Shown one piece after another: positions 52,126-61,952 of a DNA stretch of 64,000 bases (the first letter of the stretch is position 1; every line of letters starts with the position of its first letter). The notes beneath the pieces were generated by a model that did no database searches, was not told where the DNA came from, and saw nothing but the letters and a program-made list of their open reading frames with translations. The stretch is taken from positions 45,745 to 109,744 of the IMG/VR virus record IMGVR_UViG_3300028833_000098. The stretch is one strand, 5' to 3'. This DNA is from a virus. Taxonomy: Duplodnaviria > Caudoviricetes. The translations under genes were made by a program, and so were the position numbers.

Positions 52126-52518
52126 ATGAAAAAGATATTCAATCTCACAGCACATCCAATTTCAATCATTGCTGAGGAAGATTGTCACAGCAATCCGGCA
52201 ATTAGGAAGTTGGTAGCAGATGCCAATGTAAAACCCATTATGGTAATCCCATCTTACGGTATGGCATCAGCCAAAAACGAAACTCATGAGGGCAATCCCA
52301 TAGAGGGTATTCCTGTTTTCGAGAAAAAGATTACAGGAATAGATCCTCTGCCCGAGGAAAGCCCTGAGAATATATACATAGTTTCGGCTATGTATGTAGC
52401 AGCTTACAGAGCTTTATATCCAAATAAAAAAATACCTCTGTACACTGTGGCTGATCCTGTGTACACTGAGGACGGCAGAACCATTCTCGGTTCAAGAGGA
52501 ATTATGCTGGCTCTGTGA
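52126..52518 (+). CDS. NLTxH-family small protein; candidate Crn4-like ring nuclease / anti-CRISPR
   Basis: NLTAHPI, IPSYG, GIPV, PLPE...YIVS, PVYTEDGRTILG; SD AAAGGAG; family link is from recall and unverified. Confidence 0.45.
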   Translation: MKKIFNLTAHPISIIAEEDCHSNPAIRKLVADANVKPIMVIPSYGMASAKNETHEGNPIEGIPVFEKKITGIDPLPEESPENIYIVSAMYVAAYRALYPNKKIPLYTVADPVYTEDGRTILGSRGIMLAL

Positions 52519-52522
52519 TTCT

Positions 52523-52554
52523 AATACCGGCTTAACCGCCGGTATTTTTTTTTT
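52523..52554 (+). terminator. Intrinsic terminator
   Basis: AATACCGGC-TTAACC-GCCGGTATT followed by a long T-run. Confidence 0.85.
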
Positions 52555-52650
52555 AATTAACAAGAAAAAAATATGCCGCGAGTATACCTTCTAGACAGGC
52601 TATACTTTTCTTCTAGGCATTGCCGCCACCCAACCCTGCTACGTAATTCA

Positions 52651-52678
52651 TTATCATAGTAATTATATATATTTAGAA
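52651..52678 (-). promoter_or_regulatory. Putative phage early promoter element, copy C
   Basis: TTCTAAATATATATAATTACTATGATAA, 26/28 identical to copies A and B. Confidence 0.65.
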
Positions 52679-52918
52679 TCTTGGTATTTAATAAAAAATA
52701 AAAGCAAGGAAAATCCGCGGCGAACTTTTTATCTATTTTCTTTAATTCTACTCTCATTCTTGTTTATTTTTTCTCTTTATATATAATAATATATAAAATA
52801 CTATTCCTACTATTTCCCGTCTTTTATATAATATATATTTTAAAATAAATAAAAAATAGAAAATATATTCAATGAACGATTCGGTAATCTTTAATCTATA
52901 ATGAAAGGAAGATTATAA

Positions 52919-54424
52919 ATGAAAATAATTGAATTATTTGATATTGATCGTTATATAAAAATAAATGATCTCAAAGAAGTAACATCACAGCATATATACA
53001 GAACACAAAACCAATTCAATCCAGAAGGATTATTCTCCGAAGAGATATTTGGTCAAACAGATCAAGTACGTAAATACAGATGTGGTTATATCAAATTACC
53101 TATTCATGTATTCAATCCAGACATCACAAAAACCATTATAGCCAGATCAGGTGGTATTATCAGAAAAATGGCATATGGTGAAGTAAGGTGTAATTTGGAA
53201 AATGGTGTACTTGTTGCATCAAAAGAAGGAAAGTATTGTGGACTCAAGGATCTATATGAAATATGGGATAATATAGATATAAGAAAAACTATCAATACTA
53301 GATCAAAAGACAATATTGATATCCTTACTAAATCACCAAAGAGGTTATTGTTCAATGATAAAGTTTTGGTATTACCTCCGGGATTTAGACAGATCGGTAT
53401 GAGAAATGGTAAACATACCAAAAGTGAGTTGAACTCTTTATATTCACACATACTTGGTCTGAAGAGCGTTACTTCACATACAACAACGAATGCTGTTCAG
53501 TTGTATGCAAAGTTCCAAGATGCTGTTGCTGACATATATACTTACATTCATGATTATGTTGGTTCAAAGAATGGTTTCTTCCAAAAGCATCTTCTTACTA
53601 AGACAACTACTTACACGGCTAGAAACGTTATCTCAGCTCCACGTTATAACACTGACAATCCTCATATAGGAATCTTTAGAACTGGTTATCCATTACATAC
53701 ATGCGTTTCATTATTCAAACCATTGATCAAATTCCAAATGCAACAGTTCTTCTCTTATTCAAACATTCAGGATATTCACCCCAACAAAGAAGAAGTAAAA
53801 CCTGGTGTATTGACAAATATATATGATAACAAGATGATCGATGATTTGTGCAATATTTATATGAATAACCCCGGATCACGTTTCAGAAAGTTATATCTCG
53901 ATGAAGAAGGTAACGTTCCAATCTTGATGGAATATCTTGATGTAAAACAGAACCAGATGGTTACTCGTCCATTGACATTGACCGATGTGATTTACCAATG
54001 TGCAAAGATTGTTATCGTCGATGCAAATCGTCATGTGTATACCGTTAGATATCCTATTGGTGACTACCTTGGAGCATTCTTTACAAAGGTACATATTCTA
54101 TCAACTGTTGATACGATGGAAATTCAATTCCGTGGCGAAACGTATGATACTTATCCTATTATAAATCCCGAAGCATCCCACAAGATAGTATCAGTCTCGT
54201 TTGCAGACACACTCACTCCTTCCAATAGTAGACTTAAAGCCATCGGTGGTGACTATGATGGTGATACAGTTAAGTCAACTGGTTTATGGAGTGAAGAAGC
54301 AAACAAACAAGCTGAGGAACTTATGTACTCTAAGATCTACAATATTAAAGCAGAATGTGATTCTGTTTATGTTATTGAGATTGAATGTTTGAATGGTTTG
54401 TATGCATTAACCAAACGAGATTAA
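52919..54424 (+). CDS. Phage multisubunit RNA polymerase beta-prime N-terminal/catalytic subunit (probably virion RNAP)
   Basis: GLFSEEIFG, GYIKLP, VLPPGFR, ARNVISAP, VRYP and catalytic GGDYDGD. Confidence 0.9.
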   Translation: MKIIELFDIDRYIKINDLKEVTSQHIYRTQNQFNPEGLFSEEIFGQTDQVRKYRCGYIKLPIHVFNPDITKTIIARSGGIIRKMAYGEVRCNLENGVLVASKEGKYCGLKDLYEIWDNIDIRKTINTRSKDNIDILTKSPKRLLFNDKVLVLPPGFRQIGMRNGKHTKSELNSLYSHILGLKSVTSHTTTNAVQLYAKFQDAVADIYTYIHDYVGSKNGFFQKHLLTKTTTYTARNVISAPRYNTDNPHIGIFRTGYPLHTCVSLFKPLIKFQMQQFFSYSNIQDIHPNKEEVKPGVLTNIYDNKMIDDLCNIYMNNPGSRFRKLYLDEEGNVPILMEYLDVKQNQMVTRPLTLTDVIYQCAKIVIVDANRHVYTVRYPIGDYLGAFFTKVHILSTVDTMEIQFRGETYDTYPIINPEASHKIVSVSFADTLTPSNSRLKAIGGDYDGDTVKSTGLWSEEANKQAEELMYSKIYNIKAECDSVYVIEIECLNGLYALTKRD

Positions 54425-54443
54425 TTTTTTATTCTGATAGGGG

Positions 54444-54884
54444 ATGAATATTATGGACGAAGAAAAGAGACCTAGTCACATGGAGATTTTTGATATCGAA
54501 AAAATGAAAGAACCTCATGGGAACAAAAACTTTCGTCGGTTGAATAATATAAACGACTATGATCTGTTGGTACATATCCAACAGACTTTGTCTATAAAAA
54601 ACCAATGTATTATCGAAATCATAACAGGTAAAGATATTCGTTGTATTAATCATAATGAGACAATTGATCGTAAAGTAAAAAACTTTGCGATGCAAGATAT
54701 TACAGATGAATTCAGAAAAGAGAATCCAAAATATACCGATGATGAAGGTAATGAAACAGAAACCGATGAAAATTATGAATGCAGACTTTGTCATTTAATA
54801 ATGCAACATAATCATCCTAGAAAGTTACAGATGATAAAATGTGCAGAATGTATTCATCAATGGATGAACTCTGATAAATGGTAA
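54444..54884 (+). CDS. Hypothetical protein with Cys pairs
   Basis: CIIEIITG...C, CRLC, CAECIHQWMN. Confidence 0.55.
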   Translation: MNIMDEEKRPSHMEIFDIEKMKEPHGNKNFRRLNNINDYDLLVHIQQTLSIKNQCIIEIITGKDIRCINHNETIDRKVKNFAMQDITDEFRKENPKYTDDEGNETETDENYECRLCHLIMQHNHPRKLQMIKCAECIHQWMNSDKW

Positions 54885-54947
54885 TAAATACAACCTTTTA
54901 GAAAAGCTCAAAGATAAAGAGCGTATTTAGAAAGGAATGACACATAA

Positions 54948-55913
54948 ATGAATTTTGGCGAAATGTTCAGTATGCTGGATAACTCTCCATCATATCAACA
55001 GCAAGCACAACAGAGCGTTGACACGTATGGTTATGACCCATTCACTCAACCTCCTGAACCACAATATCAGGATCAACCATCAATGACGTGGGAGGAAGCA
55101 TTCTCAAATTTTAAAACAACACCGGTATTATATAATATGGATGGATTCATATCCCCATATTCATCAAACAATTGGGGTAGTAATAGTAAACTGCTTCAAT
55201 ACATCGATGATCAATCCCGTTTACCGGCTCTTGAAAATAAGGTTGATCCAAACAAGATCTTCACATCGGAAATCAATTCTCTCCGTGCTCTTGAAGCAGA
55301 TCAGTTAAAACTCATAAAGATGATGGAAAAGAAACTTTATGAGAGTATCTCTGAAAAGGGTAAGATTGGTCTTACTGAAGAAGAGATAGAAGCATTGTCG
55401 GCAATAACTTCTGGTAGAAATGCAATAGCTGGTATGGCTAATGCAAGAGTTTCTATAAAGAAAAACATTGCAGATATTCGTATCAAACAGAATCAGCTTG
55501 CAAATAATCCCGCTGCTGCAAATGCAACTGGTAACACTGGTTACTCTGGATCGTCAATGGACATCGGTAGATCAATGTTGGATAAGATATTTGAAGTTCC
55601 TGCAGGAACGGCAAATCTTCCTACAACTAATATCGATTATTCACCGATCAATTCATCTGATGCTGGAAGAGTACTCGATGATCTCGTTCCCAATGTAAAT
55701 TCAAATCTCAAATATGAAGGTGTTGAACCAAAGACATATGTTGTCGTTGGTGATTCAGATACCGACATATCATTTGAAACTTACGATAGTGAAGGAAGAT
55801 TGATACCTGACTATCCTGCACCTGATGTAGATCCTGCATCAATTACTATCGACAGAGATGGCCGTAAGGCAGTTGATGGTTACCTCGTTGAATATCCTTT
55901 AAAAGAAAAATGA
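54948..55913 (+). CDS. Hypothetical protein
   Basis: 321 aa; central coiled coil; SD AAAGGA; upstream of the sheath gene. Confidence 0.6.
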   Translation: MNFGEMFSMLDNSPSYQQQAQQSVDTYGYDPFTQPPEPQYQDQPSMTWEEAFSNFKTTPVLYNMDGFISPYSSNNWGSNSKLLQYIDDQSRLPALENKVDPNKIFTSEINSLRALEADQLKLIKMMEKKLYESISEKGKIGLTEEEIEALSAITSGRNAIAGMANARVSIKKNIADIRIKQNQLANNPAAANATGNTGYSGSSMDIGRSMLDKIFEVPAGTANLPTTNIDYSPINSSDAGRVLDDLVPNVNSNLKYEGVEPKTYVVVGDSDTDISFETYDSEGRLIPDYPAPDVDPASITIDRDGRKAVDGYLVEYPLKEK

Positions 55914-55918
55914 TCATG

Positions 55919-55941
55919 TGGTGGGGCTTTATGCCCCACCA
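55919..55941 (+). terminator. Stem-loop / terminator
   Basis: TGGTGGGGC-TTTAT-GCCCCACCA. Confidence 0.7.
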
Positions 55942-56055
55942 TAATATTTAATATAAACTCATTGATAATTGCGAGCGATTACCTCATGAATCGCGATTCT
56001 TCATGATATAAAGCTCTTCAATTGCAATTAATCTTTTAGAAAAGGAGAAGAAAAT

Positions 56056-59000
56056 ATGCTTGAATCAAGATATGCTTTAAAATATCCAATGCCTCACAGC
56101 GTTGTACATATCATTGACAATTCAATGTATGCAGGTGAACTCCCGACTGTTGTTGCAGACGATCCTTCGTTGTACGCAACATTGGTTGTTACAGGAGCAC
56201 CTATGGGTGCAGATAACGAGATCATATCTATTAACAGAAGTGACGTTCTGAACGTTGCGTATGGTATGAGAAATCTCAGCCCTGCAGACATTAAGAAGTA
56301 TGGTCAGACTGTAACATATCCCGGATCCATTCTTAATCAGAATGCTCCGATAAAGTTCATGCGTGTAACACCGCCTGATTCTACATATGCATTTTCTTGT
56401 CTGCTTGTTCAGTGGAAGTGGGACGGCAATACAATGCACGTTCGCTTCAAGACTACCTCCGGTAATGGTAACAATGGTTTACCTCCTGGAGTTATTCATT
56501 CCAGCTTCAAGAACACTGAGCGTCTCAATAATGCTCTTGTTCGCGGATTCAGTTCTGATGAAACACAGGATGAAACAGACGGAACAACATGGAAGCAGCG
56601 TGTATTCATGACAAGTATCGCAGCAGGTAGAGGTAAGGTTTATAATTTCTATAATTATGCTATAAACCTCACACAGCAGACAAGACGTCCTGCTAATGTA
56701 AGATATCTGTTCAATACAATAGATACTCGTACATCACAGGTTGTTGAGCAGTTTGCTGCATCACTTATAAATGAAAACAACGTTCTGAGATCAGACTCTA
56801 TCGATTCTGTAAATGTTGCTGTCGGCAAGAGAGTTAGGGGTTCATCAATAATCGTTCCTACGGTTAATGAGAATGCCATTAAAGAACTCTATACTGAATA
56901 CATGCTTCATGTTAAAGAAATGATCGATGCTGATATTCCTCCTGTATATGGTACAAAGGATATGAGATTCGTAAATGATGTTTATAACACCATGAATGTT
57001 AATATCTTTGATGCTATCTATGGTCGTTATATCTATAACGGCGATACAGATGTTAAGCTTCCATATTACCAGGTTGATATGATCGACCTCGACATTCCTA
57101 AGCTGTATCCTTCAAATCGTATCAAGACTTTCCTTGATCCTGATACTGATATCTCCGAGTATGCAGCAAACCCGACTGATCTCCAGTCTATTCTGAATGC
57201 AAAGACATATGGTGTGTTCAACGCAAGTGATGCATATCATGTAGGTGACATTTTCTGTAATGCACCAACAACACTGTCACTTCAGATGATCGCTGGTATC
57301 AACCAGTATACTGGTGCAATAACATACATCCCGATTTCACAGCTCTATGTTGGCGATGGTCCATATACAGAGACATCTGAGAAGGATATGATCAGGGCTT
57401 ATACATTCTCAACAAATGATGATACTGCTATCAAGAGCGCTATCACCCAGCTTATCAAGTCCAGAAAACTCCAGCCTCGTGTAAAGGAAGTTAATGGCAC
57501 AACAAGAAAGTTCTCACATGACTTTGTTGTTGTTGGTCTTGATGGTGTTACAAATGACAACAAGCTCAACAAGTTCGTTGTTTATGAAGTAGCATACATT
57601 GATCAGAGTACAGCTGATACAAAGGTTCCTGAGATCGATCCTGATGCAACAGCAGCAATCGCTGAAAATGCTCTGTACGGCAAGCTTGTACTGCCTTCAT
57701 CGACAGTTACATCATTCGCAGTAGCAGGTTCTGACAGTGAGTATCTCACAATGCCTGGTACTGTTGTACTTGATACATCGGATGGCTCAATCGTTGTAAA
57801 TGGTTATAACATTGCAAAGGATGAGAACGATGTATTTGCTGTAAATAGCAACAGCAAGTTCTCTATAGGAGCACCTCCTACAAAGGCACCTGTTTCAACT
57901 GACATGATTGGCACATCATATGATGATATGATCTATCAGGCTAACTCACAGACAAGTGTTGATGTTCTTTGGAAGGTTAACGGCGGTACACCTACTTCAG
58001 AGTCTGGTTCTCCAATAACAAAGTATGTTGTTGGTGATCTCGTTGCAGTTGAGAATCTCACTGGTGTATACTTCAAGATCACAAGCGCAACACCCGTTGA
58101 TGTTACTGATCCTACAGGTGCACAGAATGTTGAGATCGTAATAGCTGCAAGTGCAGAATCTGAAGACAAGATCAATCCTTCAAAGTATCTGACAACGGAT
58201 ACCTACAGACTCGTTACAGAGCAGCCTGCAGACTTCGATCCTACAGCTTACTTCAAGATCGTTGACAATGCTATTGTAAATGGTGTTGAAGGTGATACTT
58301 GGGCTGCCAACATGTGGTATTCAACAATCACTTCAGGTTCTGAAGGAACAGGTCTGCTTATAACAATTGATGCTTCAAACATCACTGTTAGAACAGATCC
58401 TAAGGATGCTTCACCTTCATACATCTATCGTTATGCTGTCGGTGGTACACAGGGATCTATCTACAGATATGGTCTTGCCAATATCGATATTCCTTCAAAC
58501 TACTATTCGGCAACATACGGTATCAATCCTAACTCAGAGCTTGGCGGTATCCCCGTCGAGAATGGTTATGCTGGATTCTTTGATGATAACGTTTCTGATA
58601 TAGAATTCAAGTGGCACTATTCAGAGCTCCTCGTTAGAGCATACCGTGGTGAGATCGATGCACGTATCACTTCACCCACAAGATGCCCTGCGAAGTATCT
58701 GTTTGATGGTGGTACTAATACTATCGTTGGTCAGACAATACTTCCTTACATGGTATACAAGCCTATCGATATCATCAATGCTTCAACTATCTATACCGAT
58801 GATGAGAAGGAGTCAATCCTGCTCAACAACAAGCTCATCGATAACATCACAGAGTTTGTTGATATAGACGTTAAGCAGGCAATGTATGATCTGATGATCG
58901 TGCGTGTCTTCCAGGGAATTCCTGAAGATAAGAGACCTCTCGGTCCTGGTTCAGGCTTGTCACTGCATCTCGATGCTGGTGTAACTGATGCTAACACAGC

Positions 59001-59658
59001 AATGCTGGTAAATCAGTCATTCAGCAAGAGATTCGACAATGGTAATGCTTCATGGGATATCGGTGGTTTCGTTTCTGCTGCTGATGGTATTGCATATACC
59101 TACACAAAGAAGATCGTTGACTCTATCTTCTCACACATGCGTCAGTATACAGTAAATAAACCATTTACTGGCAAATATTCCAATATCGCTCCAACAGAGT
59201 ATTCATCATTCTTCCCGGATATCGATACTACTGATTGGGAGCTCAGACAGCTGCTCTATAATTCAGGTGGTAATACTTGGATTATGGACATCAACGGAAA
59301 CCTTCAGAGACAGTCTCAGCGTACTCTTGATAGAGGCGATGGTACATCTGATCTTATCCAGGAGAGCAATATGCGTACGCTTTCACAGCTCATATATCTG
59401 CTTCAGAATAAGATCAACTCCTACCTCCTTGAGTATAATGACGATGGTGTTCTCAACACCCTCAAGGATGAAGTTGATAATATGTTCTCTAACTGGGTTG
59501 GCAATCTCGTTCAGGATCTGGATATCAATTTCAAGAGAGATATCAATCCCGAAGATGGCGGCGAGATCGTTGTTTGCTATGTAACCGTAGTATTCCGTGG
59601 TCTCATACTCAGAGTTCCGATCATCGTTAACGTTCAGAGACGTACAACTTCTGAATGA
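56056..59658 (+). CDS. Contractile tail sheath protein
   Basis: 1200 aa; KKYGQ..., FMRVTPPD, C-terminal QESNMRTL...VTVVFRGLILRVPIIVNV; directly upstream of the tube gene. Confidence 0.8.
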   Translation: MLESRYALKYPMPHSVVHIIDNSMYAGELPTVVADDPSLYATLVVTGAPMGADNEIISINRSDVLNVAYGMRNLSPADIKKYGQTVTYPGSILNQNAPIKFMRVTPPDSTYAFSCLLVQWKWDGNTMHVRFKTTSGNGNNGLPPGVIHSSFKNTERLNNALVRGFSSDETQDETDGTTWKQRVFMTSIAAGRGKVYNFYNYAINLTQQTRRPANVRYLFNTIDTRTSQVVEQFAASLINENNVLRSDSIDSVNVAVGKRVRGSSIIVPTVNENAIKELYTEYMLHVKEMIDADIPPVYGTKDMRFVNDVYNTMNVNIFDAIYGRYIYNGDTDVKLPYYQVDMIDLDIPKLYPSNRIKTFLDPDTDISEYAANPTDLQSILNAKTYGVFNASDAYHVGDIFCNAPTTLSLQMIAGINQYTGAITYIPISQLYVGDGPYTETSEKDMIRAYTFSTNDDTAIKSAITQLIKSRKLQPRVKEVNGTTRKFSHDFVVVGLDGVTNDNKLNKFVVYEVAYIDQSTADTKVPEIDPDATAAIAENALYGKLVLPSSTVTSFAVAGSDSEYLTMPGTVVLDTSDGSIVVNGYNIAKDENDVFAVNSNSKFSIGAPPTKAPVSTDMIGTSYDDMIYQANSQTSVDVLWKVNGGTPTSESGSPITKYVVGDLVAVENLTGVYFKITSATPVDVTDPTGAQNVEIVIAASAESEDKINPSKYLTTDTYRLVTEQPADFDPTAYFKIVDNAIVNGVEGDTWAANMWYSTITSGSEGTGLLITIDASNITVRTDPKDASPSYIYRYAVGGTQGSIYRYGLANIDIPSNYYSATYGINPNSELGGIPVENGYAGFFDDNVSDIEFKWHYSELLVRAYRGEIDARITSPTRCPAKYLFDGGTNTIVGQTILPYMVYKPIDIINASTIYTDDEKESILLNNKLIDNITEFVDIDVKQAMYDLMIVRVFQGIPEDKRPLGPGSGLSLHLDAGVTDANTAMLVNQSFSKRFDNGNASWDIGGFVSAADGIAYTYTKKIVDSIFSHMRQYTVNKPFTGKYSNIAPTEYSSFFPDIDTTDWELRQLLYNSGGNTWIMDINGNLQRQSQRTLDRGDGTSDLIQESNMRTLSQLIYLLQNKINSYLLEYNDDGVLNTLKDEVDNMFSNWVGNLVQDLDINFKRDINPEDGGEIVVCYVTVVFRGLILRVPIIVNVQRRTTSE

Positions 59659-59683
59659 TTTGGTAGAAAGGAGGAATTAATTT

Positions 59684-60814
59684 ATGGCTATTAGCTTACA
59701 GACAGGCATCCGTGAGTATCATGGTGACCTTTCACAGTACACAGGTATGCTTGGCGGTCTCACACCCGACATACATACTCTTAGAAGTCTTAATCCGCTT
59801 ACTACCAACCGCGTTATCGCTGTAATGTATCGTGGTCCTTATTTCCTCATTCATTATTTCGGTAGCGATAAGAATAATGCTTATGATCCGAAGGGTGAGT
59901 TCGGTCAGTATAAGAAGATAATCGAGGCATACAACACCGGTATTACTTGTAATATCGGTGATGCTGGTCTTGCTCCGGCTACCCTTCAGGGCGGCTTCGC
60001 AGGTCGTAGCATCTCGATTCCTACAACACAGAATCAGCAGTCTGGTCAGTCTATTCAGTTCCAGGTTCCTGAAATGGTAGGCCGTCCTATGGCTAACTTC
60101 CACAACATGTGGGTTGATGGTATAGCAGATCCTGTTACAGGTCTTACAACATACCATGGTCTTGTTGCTGGTTCAGTTGATGAGAATCTCATACCTCAGA
60201 GAATCTTCGCACCTAACACCGGAGCAAACGTATTGTCATCGACAATCGCTCTTGAGCCTTCTCCTGCATGGGAAGTTGCAGAGTTCCTCGTTATCGTGCT
60301 CGACAGAAGTGGTGCACGTGTTGAGGCTGCAACAATGGCTCTCGGATGCGTTCCTTCCGGTAAGGTTGGTAATCAGATATTCAATTCGAACAATACAGGT
60401 CAGTCACAGATCGCTACACTTGATCTGAACTTCACTTGTCAGTTCATCCAGAGTGCATATGTAAATGACCTGGCTGCTAGGTATGTTGAACAGTTCGCCA
60501 TCTTTGGTAACTCAATCAACCTCAATCCTGGTGCTGGCGATGCATTCTTCGATCCCAATGGACCTACTCCGTCTAATGGCGGTACAATCAACACACCTAT
60601 CTTCAATAATGGTGAGCGTCCTTATCTCGATGCAGTTCAGTCTGGTCTTGGTAATGCTCCTGTTATGACAGCTGGTAGACGTCGTGTTGAGCGTGTTGCA
60701 CCTGCTCCTCAGTCTCTCGTACCTGAGGATCACTCACGTCTCTACATCAATGAGAAAGGTGATAGTAAATCTATTGCTAATCCATATGAGACAACAGCAA
60801 CACCTGGTTCGTAA
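59684..60814 (+). CDS. Tail tube protein
   Basis: GGFAGRS, VPEMVGRP...WVDGIADPVTGLTTYHG motifs of AR9-like tube proteins; follows the sheath gene. Confidence 0.7.
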   Translation: MAISLQTGIREYHGDLSQYTGMLGGLTPDIHTLRSLNPLTTNRVIAVMYRGPYFLIHYFGSDKNNAYDPKGEFGQYKKIIEAYNTGITCNIGDAGLAPATLQGGFAGRSISIPTTQNQQSGQSIQFQVPEMVGRPMANFHNMWVDGIADPVTGLTTYHGLVAGSVDENLIPQRIFAPNTGANVLSSTIALEPSPAWEVAEFLVIVLDRSGARVEAATMALGCVPSGKVGNQIFNSNNTGQSQIATLDLNFTCQFIQSAYVNDLAARYVEQFAIFGNSINLNPGAGDAFFDPNGPTPSNGGTINTPIFNNGERPYLDAVQSGLGNAPVMTAGRRRVERVAPAPQSLVPEDHSRLYINEKGDSKSIANPYETTATPGS

Positions 60815-60857
60815 TAAGGTTTGTCATTGTTTTCCTCAAAACAAAAAAAAATATGGT

Positions 60858-60878
60858 GGTGGGGCTATATGCCCCACC
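60858..60878. terminator. Bidirectional terminator
   Basis: GGTGGGGC-TATAT-GCCCCACC flanked by A and T runs. Confidence 0.8.
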
Positions 60879-60886
60879 TCGTATTT

Positions 60887-61285
60887 TTATTTTACTAATG
60901 AAAATATTTCAAGTATTGCAAACCGTTCGTATACAAGTTTTATTGCAACATAGTGTGCATCATTATATACAAAGAATCCTATTGATACTTTTTGTAATTT
61001 CTTATCCGCTTTTGTTACAAGCTTCTTTGATACAACGACACCATTATCCAAAAAGACGGGTGAATTTGATTTACCAATTATCGTTCTTTCATAATCACTA
61101 TAATTGGCAAACATGGCTGCTTCGGTAAGTTTATCATCACCGATTGTATCCAATGTATCCATTGGATATTTTGCAACCAATAATTCATTTAACAATGAAT
61201 CATCAGTGAAGATGTATTTGAACTTAACATTTTTTGGTTTATGTGTTTCAACCAATTCTTCCGGTGATAAAATCTTTTTTGCCAT
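60887..61285 (-). CDS. Hypothetical protein
   Basis: 132 aa; SD AAAGGA. Confidence 0.6.
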   Translation of the reverse strand: MAKKILSPEELVETHKPKNVKFKYIFTDDSLLNELLVAKYPMDTLDTIGDDKLTEAAMFANYSDYERTIIGKSNSPVFLDNGVVVSKKLVTKADKKLQKVSIGFFVYNDAHYVAIKLVYERFAILEIFSLVK

Positions 61286-61300
61286 ATAGAACCATTCCTT

Positions 61301-61951
61301 TCAATTATAACAATCAATCATTAGTTCCGTGAAATATGAAACATAAGCTTCAACGGTTATTGGATAAACACCATAATCATTATCCGAATCCGGTGTAGCA
61401 TCATATAATGATTGAAGTATTGCTAGTGATGTAGGATCTTCGCTCGGACCACTATGACGAATTAACCAATCTGAAGTATTTTCAATCATATCTCTTTTGG
61501 TACCACCATTCTCAAAACATTCGAACAATGTTGATTCATCAGCAAGTGTATAATCCATTACATATCCATGTGATAATTTAGTTATAGCGCCACCAATCAT
61601 CTTAATGAATTCTATATCCTGCCTTAGTATGGCCTCACCAAATATTGAATGATCACCAAGATCATTCGCTGCTGACTCTATTGCATGATCAACAAAACTT
61701 GCACATGTCATAACTGGGAATACACCAGGTTTATGATTTGACATGAATCGATAGGTTTTCAATATATGTGAACAGTCACTTGCTCTATATTTGTCACCTG
61801 AATGCAATTTCAATGCATCATTAACATCATGAAATCCATGTTGTGAAAGGAACTGTTGCATTTCTGTCATATTCTCTGCAAGTACATAATACTGCATGGA
61901 TCCTTGTTTTTTGACAGATGTAAAGTCAAACCGAATATATTGTTCGGGCAT
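61301..61951 (-). CDS. Hypothetical protein
   Basis: ATG 61951 after GGAGG. Confidence 0.6.
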   Translation of the reverse strand: MPEQYIRFDFTSVKKQGSMQYYVLAENMTEMQQFLSQHGFHDVNDALKLHSGDKYRASDCSHILKTYRFMSNHKPGVFPVMTCASFVDHAIESAANDLGDHSIFGEAILRQDIEFIKMIGGAITKLSHGYVMDYTLADESTLFECFENGGTKRDMIENTSDWLIRHSGPSEDPTSLAILQSLYDATPDSDNDYGVYPITVEAYVSYFTELMIDCYN

Positions 61952-61952
61952 T

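Noticed and set aside
51949-52678. Insertion sequence or MITE
   Set aside because: No transposase or target-site duplication seen, and a lone third copy precedes other genes; kept as a promoter cassette instead
51754-52757. ORFs 51754..52035 and 52557..52757
   Set aside because: They run through promoter elements and terminators or hairpins (YIYIII and IYNYYD come from the promoter repeat) and lack SDs
47275-54424. Introns or inteins in RNAP or topoisomerase genes
   Set aside because: Conserved motifs are collinear, with no intein or homing-endonuclease signatures; the RNAP break is a 1-nt shift
2319-60878. Recurring GGGG/CCCC hairpins as a mobile repeat family
   Set aside because: Almost all sit right after stop codons and their loops and flanks differ; ordinary intrinsic terminators
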